Origin: a virus
Lineage: Duplodnaviria; Caudoviricetes
DNA length: 64,000 nucleotides
Virus record (IMG/VR): IMGVR_UViG_3300021138_001350
Coordinates: 2,636-66,635 of that record
Direction: 5' to 3' (one strand)
The notes below the pieces were generated by a model, which had not been told where the DNA came from, searched no databases, and saw nothing but the letters and a program-made list of their open reading frames with translations. Positions 9,641-19,127 of the stretch are shown here, piece after piece. The translations under genes and the position numbers were made by a program. Numbering within the stretch: the first letter of the stretch is position 1; each line of letters opens with the position of its first letter.

Positions 9641-10159
9641 TTGAAATTAATTAAAATATATGTAAAAAAATTACCTAATAATTTATTTTATTTAGGTAAA
9701 ACAGAAAAAGATCCTTATAAATACAAAGGATCTGGTATATTTGGCTTAGAACTATTAAAAAAAGATGAAATAGCGAATAAAGTAAGAGGCGCTAATAATG
9801 GTATGGCTAAAGCTGTTATACAATATGATAAAGATTTAAATAAAATCAAAGAATATTCTACAGCTAGAGAAGCATCAAAAACATTAAACATAGATTTTTC
9901 AAATACATCTTCAGTTTGTTCAGGAAAAAGAAATAGCGCCGGCGGATTTATTTGGAAATATAAAAACAATCAAAATAATTCTTTATACGTGGATCCCAAA
10001 AGAAGGAAGCTAGAACAACAAGCTACAAGAATATTAAAAGCTTACGAAGTACTCGAAAAGTGGAAACAATATAAAGAGGACGAAAAATATAAATCAAATG
10101 TTACGAAACCAAAAAAGAAGATTTTCTCCAAAAAAGATTCAAGTAAAGACTTGCAATAA
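9641..10159 (+). pseudogene. degraded GIY-YIG/NUMOD1 homing endonuclease, read into a downstream small ORF
   Basis: YLGKT..DPYKYKGSG; the expected WLRTIKK continuation is in another frame; central nuclease missing; NUMOD1-like KAVIQYD...SAGGFIWKY retained. Confidence 0.65.
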
Positions 10160-10379
10160 AAATGAATCGAGTTGTGATTATTACCTTTCCATTTATGGAA
10201 ATTTGTGTGACAACTGTCCACAGGCCCCAAAACCTACAAAGTCAACCAATCTAATACATAAATTGTTCAAATTCTGAGCTATTGGGAGTGTCCCAATGAG
10301 CCAAAATCTTACTTTTTATAGAAATATAAGCAATAAGGCTGATGCTGGCCATGAGCTCCCCATGCGCCCAAAATTCTCT

Positions 10380-10444
10380 ATTGGAAACCAATCAATTGCA
10401 CATATTGGTAACCAACTAGTTATCATAACTGATTGATAATCAAT
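10380..10444. repeat. three copies of the 20-21 bp motif
   Basis: 10380 (reverse), 10404 (reverse), 10424; the last contains TAACTGATTGATA, the reverse complement of IHF consensus WATCAANNNNTTR. Confidence 0.85.
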
Positions 10445-10462
10445 AAAGAATCTTTTAAAAGA

Positions 10463-10497
10463 ATTTTTTTATGTCAATATAGTGTCGTATATTTACC
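10463..10497 (+). promoter_or_regulatory. putative early promoter
   Basis: TTTTTTATGTCAATATAGTGTCGTATATTTAC, one mismatch to 2945-2978. Confidence 0.65.
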
Positions 10498-10554
10498 CTG
10501 ATCGAGCAAAATAGCAGCTCATATATACATTTTTTTAATATATAAATAAAAGTT

Positions 10555-11490
10555 ATGAATACATTACACACCACATTGACAGCTTTAGAAGCACAGTTAG
10601 AATCTCAAAAAGCAGATTGTATCGAATACGAAACCAACGTGTACGAAAAACAACTGAATACCTTACAAGAAAAAGTAACTAATTTTTTTGTTAGTATTGG
10701 TATTGCTAAAAAAATTATTTTTAGTGGTACGAACATTAGAATTGCGATTAACGAAAATTCTAATTATAGCACTGCTAAGATTGAATTGTACTACGAATTG
10801 CCGTGGAGACTTAAAAAAGAAAATCGTACAGGTTATGTTGAATTAAGTTGGTACGGATTCCGTACTAACACTTGTTGGTACGAAAGTAGATGTAAATCTA
10901 CCGAATCAGAACATATAGAATATCTTAAGTGCTTAGGTGAAATAGCTGCCTTGTTACCTACGATCGAAGCAGAGTGGCACAAGTGGTACGAAGAGTATAA
11001 AGAATATAGTAGCGCTAAACAAGTTTATTATTCTGCGATTGATACTACACAGCGCGTTATTTATGACACTCAAATGTTAATCGCTAAAGGAGAAATAGAA
11101 CAGTACAAAAAAGTTGGTTTTAAGTGCGAGCTTAAACCTAAAATCGAATGTAAGAGAGATTTTGATGTTGAACGTGGTACTTTTGGAGATTATAAATTAT
11201 ATGAAGAACCAGCATCAATAAGATTAGAGCACGGATATGGAAAATGGGATCATACATACATCGATTCTTTCGAAATTGTAAAAGAGTTGAAGAGAAGTAA
11301 AATGTTGGTTAGAATAAAACCTACTAATTACGCCACAGAAATGGAGTACGAATTAACACCTAAGTTCTTCGAACCTTTCATTCAAGACGTGTACAATTGG
11401 CAGACTTCTGGCGCAGAAGAAAAATCTCTTAATACGTATAAATTTTTCGATAATCATGCCACAAAACAAGTAGCAGAAATTGCTGAATAA
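10555..11490 (+). CDS. hypothetical protein
   Basis: 311-aa ORF, AAAGTTATG start. Confidence 0.8.
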   Translation: MNTLHTTLTALEAQLESQKADCIEYETNVYEKQLNTLQEKVTNFFVSIGIAKKIIFSGTNIRIAINENSNYSTAKIELYYELPWRLKKENRTGYVELSWYGFRTNTCWYESRCKSTESEHIEYLKCLGEIAALLPTIEAEWHKWYEEYKEYSSAKQVYYSAIDTTQRVIYDTQMLIAKGEIEQYKKVGFKCELKPKIECKRDFDVERGTFGDYKLYEEPASIRLEHGYGKWDHTYIDSFEIVKELKRSKMLVRIKPTNYATEMEYELTPKFFEPFIQDVYNWQTSGAEEKSLNTYKFFDNHATKQVAEIAE

Positions 11491-11519
11491 TTTAATAATA
11501 CTAAAATAAAATAAAAGTT

Positions 11520-12467
11520 ATGAATACGAAATTACACAAAGTTACTAATAAAGAATTGCTATTTAGATTCATTGAGAGTAAACCAAATAAAAGAGTTACT
11601 TATTCAGAAATGCAAAAATTCTTATTCGAGCTCAATCGTCCAGGTGAAACATTCGATAGCTACCTAAATCGTGGATACCAGTCTACGAACTTGGTTCCTG
11701 GATCTGGATACATGTACAAAGACGTTGGTTACGGAAAATTAGTTAAGTTAGTGGACAATTATGGAAAAGCTACATATACAATAGTAAGACCTCGTAGATA
11801 CAAAGAAACGTACAAATTTAAAAACGAAAATAAAATAAATGTTATGAGCACAAATAAAAAATTTAAAGTAGGAGATACAGTAATTGGTAATTCAAAGGCG
11901 AATGATCACTATGAAGTTACAGTTGAAAATTGGTTAGGTACAATAATTAATATTAACAGTAATGGATATATTCAAATTAAAGGGACATACGGTGGACAAT
12001 TTTGGGTAGATTCTGATTGTTTTGATTTAGTACCTAAAAGAAAAAAAGCGCAAGAAGTAGCTACTAAAGAACATTACGAAGTTGATGTTCCCTTTATTAA
12101 AGCAGCTCATAGTGCAGCTTGTTCTGAATGGAAGAAAAAATTGGAAGATAAATTTCCAGACGTGTTTCCTAAATTAACACCGATTGAATTAGCCTTAAAG
12201 AAATTTGGTAGAGATACTGTATACGCCGTTTTTTACAAAGTAATAGTGCACTATGATCATATATTCATTCCATTACCTAATGCTAATACTGCGTGGACAA
12301 TGAGTGCGTTTGAGTTTGCAAAAGAATTCATTGAGCAGAATCCAAATTCTTACATTATTCATAATGCTGTACGTACATTCGAATCATTGAAAAACTCTGA
12401 TAAGTTTGATGAATCCAATCATGACAAAGAATTATACAATTATTTAGTTATCAACTTTAATGAATAG
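11520..12467 (+). CDS. mosaic hypothetical protein
   Basis: Contains FKVGD module and AAHSAACSEWKKKL module (shared with 32618). Confidence 0.75.
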   Translation: MNTKLHKVTNKELLFRFIESKPNKRVTYSEMQKFLFELNRPGETFDSYLNRGYQSTNLVPGSGYMYKDVGYGKLVKLVDNYGKATYTIVRPRRYKETYKFKNENKINVMSTNKKFKVGDTVIGNSKANDHYEVTVENWLGTIININSNGYIQIKGTYGGQFWVDSDCFDLVPKRKKAQEVATKEHYEVDVPFIKAAHSAACSEWKKKLEDKFPDVFPKLTPIELALKKFGRDTVYAVFYKVIVHYDHIFIPLPNANTAWTMSAFEFAKEFIEQNPNSYIIHNAVRTFESLKNSDKFDESNHDKELYNYLVINFNE

Positions 12468-12508
12468 TGATTCTTATTAAACAATATTAAAAACACTTAA
12501 ATAGAAAT

Positions 12509-13171
12509 ATGAAGTTAAAACTAGAAAAAGGTCAAAAGTTGTGGTTCACTAGCGATACTCACTACAATCATTCTAACATTTGTAAAGCGACCACTGAGTG
12601 GACCAACGCAACTACTCTTAGAGATTTTGATAGTTTAGAGCGTATGAACCAAACTTTAGTTGATAATATCAATAAAGTAGTTGGTCAAAATGATATATTA
12701 TTTCACTTAGGTGATTGGAGTTTCGGTGGATTTGAACAGATTGAAAAGTTTAGAAATAAGATTGTGTGTAAGAACGTTCACATTATTACCGGTAATCACG
12801 ATCACCACATTGAAAGCAACAGAGAAGACTGTCGAATGCTATTTAGTTCTGTAAATAAGTACTTAGAACTAAGTGTTAAGTGGAATATTGGAATTCCTTT
12901 ACTTAACGAACGATGTGAACAAAATTTTATATTAATGCATTTTCCTATTGCGAGCTGGAATAACATGTCAAGAGGATCAATTCATTTACACGGTCACGTT
13001 CACTTAACTAAAAACCAACGTATAGGTAAAGGTAGAATGATGGACGTAGGAGTTGAAGGTAACGATTTTAGTCCCATCGAATTAAGAGACGTGTTATCGT
13101 TATTACGTAAGCGTCCAATTAAATCTTTGTTAGAAGAAGATCATCACGAAATTATAGAACGGTATCAATAA
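12509..13171 (+). CDS. calcineurin-like metallophosphoesterase
   Basis: FTSDTH, HLGD, GNHD, HF, HLHGHVH motifs. Confidence 0.9.
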   Translation: MKLKLEKGQKLWFTSDTHYNHSNICKATTEWTNATTLRDFDSLERMNQTLVDNINKVVGQNDILFHLGDWSFGGFEQIEKFRNKIVCKNVHIITGNHDHHIESNREDCRMLFSSVNKYLELSVKWNIGIPLLNERCEQNFILMHFPIASWNNMSRGSIHLHGHVHLTKNQRIGKGRMMDVGVEGNDFSPIELRDVLSLLRKRPIKSLLEEDHHEIIERYQ

Positions 13172-13172
13172 T

Positions 13173-13382
13173 ATGAAGTACATTTTTAGAGGTTACACAA
13201 TATTTGAGTACGACAAAGAAAAGAAAACTGTTACACAAAGTAAAATCAGTGGAGTAATTCCTGCTTTCGATTTTTGTCACATGATACCTGAAGACTACAT
13301 GTTATTGGGAGAATTCTTTAATACAGTTTATCGTCACATACAAGGAGAACAAGTAGAATTAAAAAACATTGAAGTTAACTAA
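13173..13382 (+). CDS. hypothetical protein
   Basis: ORF in operon. Confidence 0.65.
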   Translation: MKYIFRGYTIFEYDKEKKTVTQSKISGVIPAFDFCHMIPEDYMLLGEFFNTVYRHIQGEQVELKNIEVN

Positions 13383-13396
13383 ATACAAAATAAATT

Positions 13397-13810
13397 ATGA
13401 GCAAAGTATTAGTATTATTAAGAGGACTTCCCGGATCAGGAAAAACATCATTCGCAAATTTTATATGGTCTAGCTACGCTGTTTGTGAAGCTGATAAATT
13501 TTTCTATGATAAAGAAAGTAATTACAATTTCGATGCTACTAAATTAAAAGAAGCCCATGAATGGTGCAGAAATGAAGTAGAAACAAGGATGCAAGACAAT
13601 CAAAACAATCCTCAATATTATCCGGAAATTGTGGTATCTAATACGTTTACCCAAGAATGGGAAATGGAAGCTTATTTTGATTTAGCAAAGAAGTACGATT
13701 ATAGAGTAGTATCATTAATTGTAGAGAACAGACATGGAAATAGTAATATTCATGGAGTACCAGATGATGTATTAAATAAAATGAGAAATAGATTTTCAAT
13801 AAAATTATAA
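13397..13810 (+). CDS. P-loop kinase (AAA_33 / polynucleotide-kinase-like)
   Basis: LLRGLPGSGKT Walker A, EAD, VSNTF, HGVP. Confidence 0.85.
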   Translation: MSKVLVLLRGLPGSGKTSFANFIWSSYAVCEADKFFYDKESNYNFDATKLKEAHEWCRNEVETRMQDNQNNPQYYPEIVVSNTFTQEWEMEAYFDLAKKYDYRVVSLIVENRHGNSNIHGVPDDVLNKMRNRFSIKL

Positions 13811-13813
13811 TCA

Positions 13814-14542
13814 ATGTCATTATTAATAGGAAGTACAGCAATTAAATATCATTTTCCAGATTTTCCAAGAGATCCAAAAGATACTGATTATGCAGTAGAC
13901 ATTAAAGAGTGGTCAAAATCAAGTACAAAAAGTACAGAGTATTTACTAAATCCAATCATTGGTAATTTAGATGGTATTGCAAGTCCTGATACTTTGCTTA
14001 CTCTAAAAATGAGTCACGCAATTGGATGGAATATTAATTGGGAAAAACATATTTTTGATATTCAATTCTTATTAAAAAAAGGAGCTAAATTAAATTTAGA
14101 ATTGTTTAATGAATTGTACGCGTATTGGAATACCGTACACGAACCCAATAAACGTAGTGATCTTGATATGAGCGCGGAAGAATTTTTTAACAACACGTTA
14201 AAAACTCCTCATGATTATTATCACACTCTTTTAAAAGAGATTCCTACATACACTAAAGTATTAAAGGACGATGCAGAAGTGGATGTAAGTGAAGACAAAT
14301 TTAATGCATTAGATTTTGAAGAAAAGTGTGATCTTGTTAGAGAAGAAGTTATGGTAATGGCGTACGAAAGATATAAACACAAGAATTTTAGAGTAGCTTA
14401 TTCAATCATGTTAAAAAAATTCATATTAAATCACGCACCGATTTGGGAAGCTTTATTTATAATCCAGAATTTTGTATATTTACACAAACCAAATTTTAAT
14501 TATTTTAAAAAAATAGAAAATGAATTACACAGAATTAAATAA
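13814..14542 (+). CDS. putative nucleotidyltransferase
   Basis: LIGSTA...PKDTDY (Pol-beta GS..DxD), TLKMSH, KHIFDI. Confidence 0.65.
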   Translation: MSLLIGSTAIKYHFPDFPRDPKDTDYAVDIKEWSKSSTKSTEYLLNPIIGNLDGIASPDTLLTLKMSHAIGWNINWEKHIFDIQFLLKKGAKLNLELFNELYAYWNTVHEPNKRSDLDMSAEEFFNNTLKTPHDYYHTLLKEIPTYTKVLKDDAEVDVSEDKFNALDFEEKCDLVREEVMVMAYERYKHKNFRVAYSIMLKKFILNHAPIWEALFIIQNFVYLHKPNFNYFKKIENELHRIK

Positions 14543-14804
14543 AATCACAAAAGATCTAGAATTTTTTAGACGTAAATCTAAGATGGAACAAAAAATAGTT
14601 GTTCATGAAATTGATAGTGATGATGGAGGTTCTCAAGGAGAAGAAGGCATATATTACGAGGTATACGCAATACCTCAAATAGAAGATAATCTTTTTATCA
14701 AATTTGAAATAAGAACAGATTCCTACGGGAACAATAATCGAATGGTAGGATTTGAGTTTGTAAGACCAACAGAAAAAATAGTTAAAGTATTTGTATCAAT
14801 TTAA
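14520..14804 (+). CDS. hypothetical protein (paralog of next ORF)
   Basis: GGSQGE...DSYG...V.P.EK.V.V motifs. Confidence 0.7.
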   Translation: MNYTELNKITKDLEFFRRKSKMEQKIVVHEIDSDDGGSQGEEGIYYEVYAIPQIEDNLFIKFEIRTDSYGNNNRMVGFEFVRPTEKIVKVFVSI

Positions 14805-14823
14805 AAATAAAAAAATAAACGTT

Positions 14824-15120
14824 ATGAATTATCAAGAAATTTTAGAAGTACTAAAAAGTAAATTAGAACGCGTAGAATCTTTTGGTTATGAAGATTTTGA
14901 TCAAAAAGAATTAGGATTGGGTTCAATAGATAACATAGCATCTCACGGTGGTGAAGATCAAGGTAGCGATTGGTGGGTTGTATATCACTTTGAAGATCAT
15001 GATGTATACATTAAAGTTGAAGGTTATTATAGTAGTTACCATGGTACAGATTTTGAAGATTGGGATGAAGCATGTTCAGAAGTAAAACCAAAAGAAAAAG
15101 TGGTTACTGTTTACGAATAG
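14824..15120 (+). CDS. hypothetical protein (GGEDQG family)
   Basis: HGGEDQGS...GYYSSYHG...EVKPKEKVVTVYE; GTTATG start. Confidence 0.75.
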   Translation: MNYQEILEVLKSKLERVESFGYEDFDQKELGLGSIDNIASHGGEDQGSDWWVVYHFEDHDVYIKVEGYYSSYHGTDFEDWDEACSEVKPKEKVVTVYE

Positions 15121-15136
15121 TATAAATTATTAAGTT

Positions 15137-15352
15137 ATGACAATGCAAGTTACAGATACTATGGTTGAAATTTTAAAAGATCAGTTCTTAGGTAAAAAAA
15201 TATCATTGTTAGATTCTAAAGGAAAAAAATGGGTGGGAAAATGTGAATTCATTGGTCCCAACCCATTCATTCCAAGTTGGGGGTTACAAGTAACTATTGG
15301 AAGAATGCCTATTACTAATGTGCAAATTAAGTCAATTAAAATAGAAGACTAA
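15137..15352 (+). CDS. hypothetical protein
   Basis: ORF, AAGTTATG start. Confidence 0.7.
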   Translation: MTMQVTDTMVEILKDQFLGKKISLLDSKGKKWVGKCEFIGPNPFIPSWGLQVTIGRMPITNVQIKSIKIED

Positions 15353-16512
15353 TGAAAAATGAAAATAGTGTTTGCTTTATCGGAGTTATTAAAGAAGTGA
15401 TACAAATTCCAGGAGCAGATAATATAGAACAAGCATTCATAGGTGGATGGTCTTGTATAATTAAAAAAGGTTCAAGCACAAAAGGAGATCACGTTGTTGT
15501 TGCTACAACAGATGCAGTAATTCCTGAAGCTTTAGCTGAATCTTTAAATGTTACTAACTATCTACGTAAAGGTAATAGAGTACGTACAGTTAAATTGAAA
15601 GGTGTATACAGTGAATGCTTGATCATGGATTTAGATAGCGTTCCTCAAATGAAAAAGCAATACGCTACAGGAATTGGTTATTATTGGGACGAGGGAGAAG
15701 ATCTAATGGAGTTATTAGGAATTTATAAATTTGAACCTCCAGTAAAAACAATTCAATTATCAGGTGGTAGAAAAATTAGGTATTCTGATAACCCAAATTT
15801 TCACATTTATTATAAGTTTCCAAACATTAAAAATGTGGAAGGTATTTTTAAAGAGGACGAAGATGAGGTTGAAATTACCAGAAAGATTCACGGTACTAAT
15901 GCTAGATATGGAATTGTAAAGAAAAAGAATCTATCATTTTGGGACAAGATTCTAAAATTTTTAGGATTCGCTGACAAATGGATTGAGTACGAGTTTTGTG
16001 TTGGTTCTCATAATGTAGAAAAAGGATCTGATTCTCAAGGATTTTATGATACAAATGTATGGAGAGATATTGATGCTAATTATCGAATTAAAAAAAGGTT
16101 GTGGGATTATGTAAAGCATGATCATACACCGTCTTCCATTGGTTCTGGTTTTGTATTATACGGTGAGATCTACGGAGCTGGGATACAACAAAATTATGAT
16201 TATGGTTTAAATGGAATAATGTTTAAGGGATTCGATATAACTATTAATGGAAAATACCAATCTACAGAGGATACTCATTACATAATCTCTGAAGAATTGG
16301 GATTATCATACGTAGATATTTTATTTATAGGACCGTGGAGAAAATCAGTACAAGACTTTTACGCGATGAATCAATTCATTCCAAATACTAAAATTCCAGA
16401 GGAGGGTATAGTAATTAAACACCTGTCAGGCGGTAGAAGTAAAGTAGCAAAAGTAATTAACCCAGATTATCTCATCTATGCAGAAAAGAAAGACGTAGGA
16501 GATTCACACTAA
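15352..16512 (+). CDS. RNA ligase, DRB0094/Rnl5 family
   Basis: N-terminal OB (IPGADNIE, RVRTVKLKGVYSE); motif I KIHGTN; YGEIYG, FDI, EEGIVIK, KVINPDYL. Confidence 0.9.
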   Translation: MKNENSVCFIGVIKEVIQIPGADNIEQAFIGGWSCIIKKGSSTKGDHVVVATTDAVIPEALAESLNVTNYLRKGNRVRTVKLKGVYSECLIMDLDSVPQMKKQYATGIGYYWDEGEDLMELLGIYKFEPPVKTIQLSGGRKIRYSDNPNFHIYYKFPNIKNVEGIFKEDEDEVEITRKIHGTNARYGIVKKKNLSFWDKILKFLGFADKWIEYEFCVGSHNVEKGSDSQGFYDTNVWRDIDANYRIKKRLWDYVKHDHTPSSIGSGFVLYGEIYGAGIQQNYDYGLNGIMFKGFDITINGKYQSTEDTHYIISEELGLSYVDILFIGPWRKSVQDFYAMNQFIPNTKIPEEGIVIKHLSGGRSKVAKVINPDYLIYAEKKDVGDSH

Positions 16513-16528
16513 AATGTAAAATGAAAGT

Positions 16529-16732
16529 ATGGCAAAGTGTAAAGTATGTCAAGAAGAAATTCACCCAAAACGCGTAGCTTTAGGATATAAAACAACATGT
16601 CCTAAACATTCAACAGCTGAAAAATACAGTGGAATCATATCCGCAACAGGAAAATCCGATTATGAATTAAACATAATTAAAGATCCTGAATTGGCAAGAC
16701 AGTTGAAAGAGCTATCTCCAGTGTATGAGTAG
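16529..16732 (+). CDS. DksA/TraR-like zinc finger protein
   Basis: CKVCQEEIHPKRV...TTCPKH. Confidence 0.6.
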   Translation: MAKCKVCQEEIHPKRVALGYKTTCPKHSTAEKYSGIISATGKSDYELNIIKDPELARQLKELSPVYE

Positions 16733-16758
16733 CATATTTATAGATAGAATAAATCAAT

Positions 16759-17229
16759 ATGAATTACATTAGTCCAATAGCGTACGCGAATACTCTAAAT
16801 ACTTTTAGAGGAAATTATACCAATTTACAAGAATCAGAAGACGAAATCTGTCCTGATAATACTCATCATGAGTGGAAGAAAATTGGCAAAGAAAAAGCCA
16901 AGTGCGCCCATTGTGGTATGACCAAAGCAATAGCTTATGGATACGATCCAGAGCAATCATTTAAATCAGGTGAAGGTAATAAAATGAGAGAGGGTAGAAT
17001 GAGTGAATCAAGAATGGAAATAGAGAGACTAAAACAAGGACTTTCTCCTGATGATGCTGAACAATTAGAAGAGTATTTGGACGCAATGGTTGAGATTAAA
17101 AAATCTATAAAGGAATTACTATTAAAAGGATCAAAAGCGCCTGAAGAGCATGAAATGGGAATGGATGAAGTTGGTGGAGATATGATGCATAAGTATATGA
17201 ATGAGACCAAAAAGAAAAAGAAAAAATAA
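16759..17229 (+). CDS. hypothetical protein, possible internal head protein
   Basis: Preceded by ATATTTAT (16734); multiple L/M-x-E sites; poly-K C-terminus. Confidence 0.65.
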   Translation: MNYISPIAYANTLNTFRGNYTNLQESEDEICPDNTHHEWKKIGKEKAKCAHCGMTKAIAYGYDPEQSFKSGEGNKMREGRMSESRMEIERLKQGLSPDDAEQLEEYLDAMVEIKKSIKELLLKGSKAPEEHEMGMDEVGGDMMHKYMNETKKKKKK

Positions 17230-17249
17230 TCAAATAAAAGAATTAAATT

Positions 17250-17272
17250 TGGCCTCCAACGAGGCCATTTTT
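17250..17272 (+). terminator. intrinsic terminator
   Basis: TGGCCTC-caac-GAGGCCA followed by a T run. Confidence 0.75.
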
Positions 17273-17286
17273 ATGTAACAAAAATC

Positions 17287-17628
17287 ATGAAAATAGCACT
17301 AGCAATTTTATATTCTTTTATTGGTCAAGTAATATCTTTTGTGGCACTTCAAGGATCCACTAGATACGAATTTGTAAAAAATAATCAATGGTTAGCATGG
17401 TTATCAGGAATGATAAGTACAATGTTATTCATGAAAAGCGTCGGTTATTTTGTAGAGTATTATAACGGTCAAGTGTGGCCATCAAGAATATTTGGATTCG
17501 TCATTGGTTTAGTCGTATTTTCTTTGATGAGTTACTTCTTATTCAACGAGAAAATATCTTTAAAAACGGCAATTTGTTTAGGACTGTGTATAGTAATTAC
17601 ACTAGTTCAGTTATTATGGAAAAATTAA
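17287..17628 (+). CDS. 4-TM SMR/EamA-like membrane protein
   Basis: Four hydrophobic helices; FLFNEKISLKTAICLGL. Confidence 0.65.
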   Translation: MKIALAILYSFIGQVISFVALQGSTRYEFVKNNQWLAWLSGMISTMLFMKSVGYFVEYYNGQVWPSRIFGFVIGLVVFSLMSYFLFNEKISLKTAICLGLCIVITLVQLLWKN

Positions 17629-17632
17629 GATT

Positions 17633-18394
17633 ATGAAAACAGTAATTATCTCTGACGTACACGGTAGATCTGTATGGAAATTAATCACTCACATGGAAAA
17701 TGCAGATAGAGTTATTTTCTTAGGTGATTATTTTGATTCATACGAAATTTCAGCAGCCGAACAAATATACAATTTTCAAGAGATTATTGATTTTAAAGAA
17801 ACTTCGTTTACAAATTCAGGAAAATCTGATCAACATAAAACGAAAGTTATCTTATTAATCGGTAATCATGATTATGGGTATTTTAGTGGAATCGATGGCA
17901 CTAAAACTTCAGGTTATCAAATTAACTTAGCTCCAAGCATTAATATTGTATTAGAAGAGAATAAGCATCACATGCAAATGGCTTATCAATTTGATAAGTT
18001 CTTATTCACACACGCAGGTGTCAGTGAAGTGTTTATGAACGACATATTTGGAATAAATGAATGGAAGATTGAGAATCTTGTATCAGATCTTAACGATTTG
18101 TTTAAGTACAAACCCCAATCATTTATGTTTAATACGGCAGACAGGATGGGTTTTGGAGATTATGAACATCAATCACCAATTTGGATTAGACCAAGAAGTT
18201 TAATGAAAGCTGGTAAATTGGACAGAGAATTAAAGAAGCATGTTATTCAAATTGTTGGACATACAAAACAAGACCAAATAGATATTAAAGGTAAAGCAAC
18301 TGGAAATAGATATTATTTTACTGACACACAAGAAACATCGGGAGAATATTTAGTTATCGAAAACGGTGTTGTAAAAATCGGCAATACTAGATAA
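17633..18394 (+). CDS. calcineurin-like metallophosphoesterase
   Basis: SDVHG, LGDYFD, GNHD, THAG, PIWIRP, VGHT. Confidence 0.9.
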   Translation: MKTVIISDVHGRSVWKLITHMENADRVIFLGDYFDSYEISAAEQIYNFQEIIDFKETSFTNSGKSDQHKTKVILLIGNHDYGYFSGIDGTKTSGYQINLAPSINIVLEENKHHMQMAYQFDKFLFTHAGVSEVFMNDIFGINEWKIENLVSDLNDLFKYKPQSFMFNTADRMGFGDYEHQSPIWIRPRSLMKAGKLDRELKKHVIQIVGHTKQDQIDIKGKATGNRYYFTDTQETSGEYLVIENGVVKIGNTR

Positions 18395-18399
18395 TTAAA

Positions 18400-18433
18400 T
18401 TTTACCATTTCAAAAGGATTACGTATATTTACT
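18400..18433 (+). promoter_or_regulatory. putative early-type promoter
   Basis: CGTATATTTACT core, as at about 2968 and 10487. Confidence 0.55.
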
Positions 18434-18458
18434 TATAATCAATTATCAAAATATAGTT

Positions 18459-18911
18459 ATGAAATTAGCAAAAGCACTAAAGCTTAAAAACAAAAAAGTA
18501 TCAGAGTATAACTCCACTGTAGAAAAGATGGCTAACTCTAATACAATAGAAAAAGACAGCAAGAAACACTACAATTCAAAAGAGTTGTCTGTATTAGCAG
18601 AATCCCAAATGCAGAATTTAATTCAATTAAAGACTGCGATTCACAACACATCTGCACCGATTAGAGAGAAGATCTTTCGTATTGGTGAATTGAAATCCTA
18701 TTTAGGATATATCAATAGATTAAATACAACTGAAGGTGTTGTAAAACAATCATATCGTGGAGCAGATTCAACGCCTTTTGTTTATGTAGTTGATTTTTCT
18801 GAAGCAGAAAAAGTGGCCAAAGCAAAAGAAATCCAAGATCAAATTGAAGCATTGCAAGAAGAATTAGATTCTTTTAACGCGACTACAAATTTGAAAGGAT
18901 ACACAGAATAA
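18459..18911 (+). CDS. DIP1984/DUF6847-like coiled-coil protein
   Basis: MKLAKALKLK...LKTAIHNT...LQEELDSFNATT resembles the family termini (MKLAEAL...N..T). Confidence 0.65.
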   Translation: MKLAKALKLKNKKVSEYNSTVEKMANSNTIEKDSKKHYNSKELSVLAESQMQNLIQLKTAIHNTSAPIREKIFRIGELKSYLGYINRLNTTEGVVKQSYRGADSTPFVYVVDFSEAEKVAKAKEIQDQIEALQEELDSFNATTNLKGYTE

Positions 18912-18914
18912 ATT

Positions 18915-19094
18915 AAAAGTGCCGAGTAGTAAATTGAAAAATAGTAGGCTGAAATTCATCATTAAACTCCGACATTGATATCGTCACTGAACTTCAAGGT
19001 TTAAGATTCAAGGATTCAAAACGCAATCATTAATACCTTCAAAACTCATCATCGAATTTTAGGTATTATTTGGATATTTACGAAAGGCACTTTT
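18915..19094 (+). ncRNA. putative structured ncRNA (long terminal rod, repeat-containing loop)
   Basis: Nested pairings AAAAGTGCC/GGCACTTTT, GTAAAT/ATTTAC, AAATAGTA/TATTATTT and CTGAAATTC/GAATTTTAG. Confidence 0.7.
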
Positions 19095-19127
19095 TATTAT
19101 ATAAAACAAAAAAATAAAAAACAAGTT

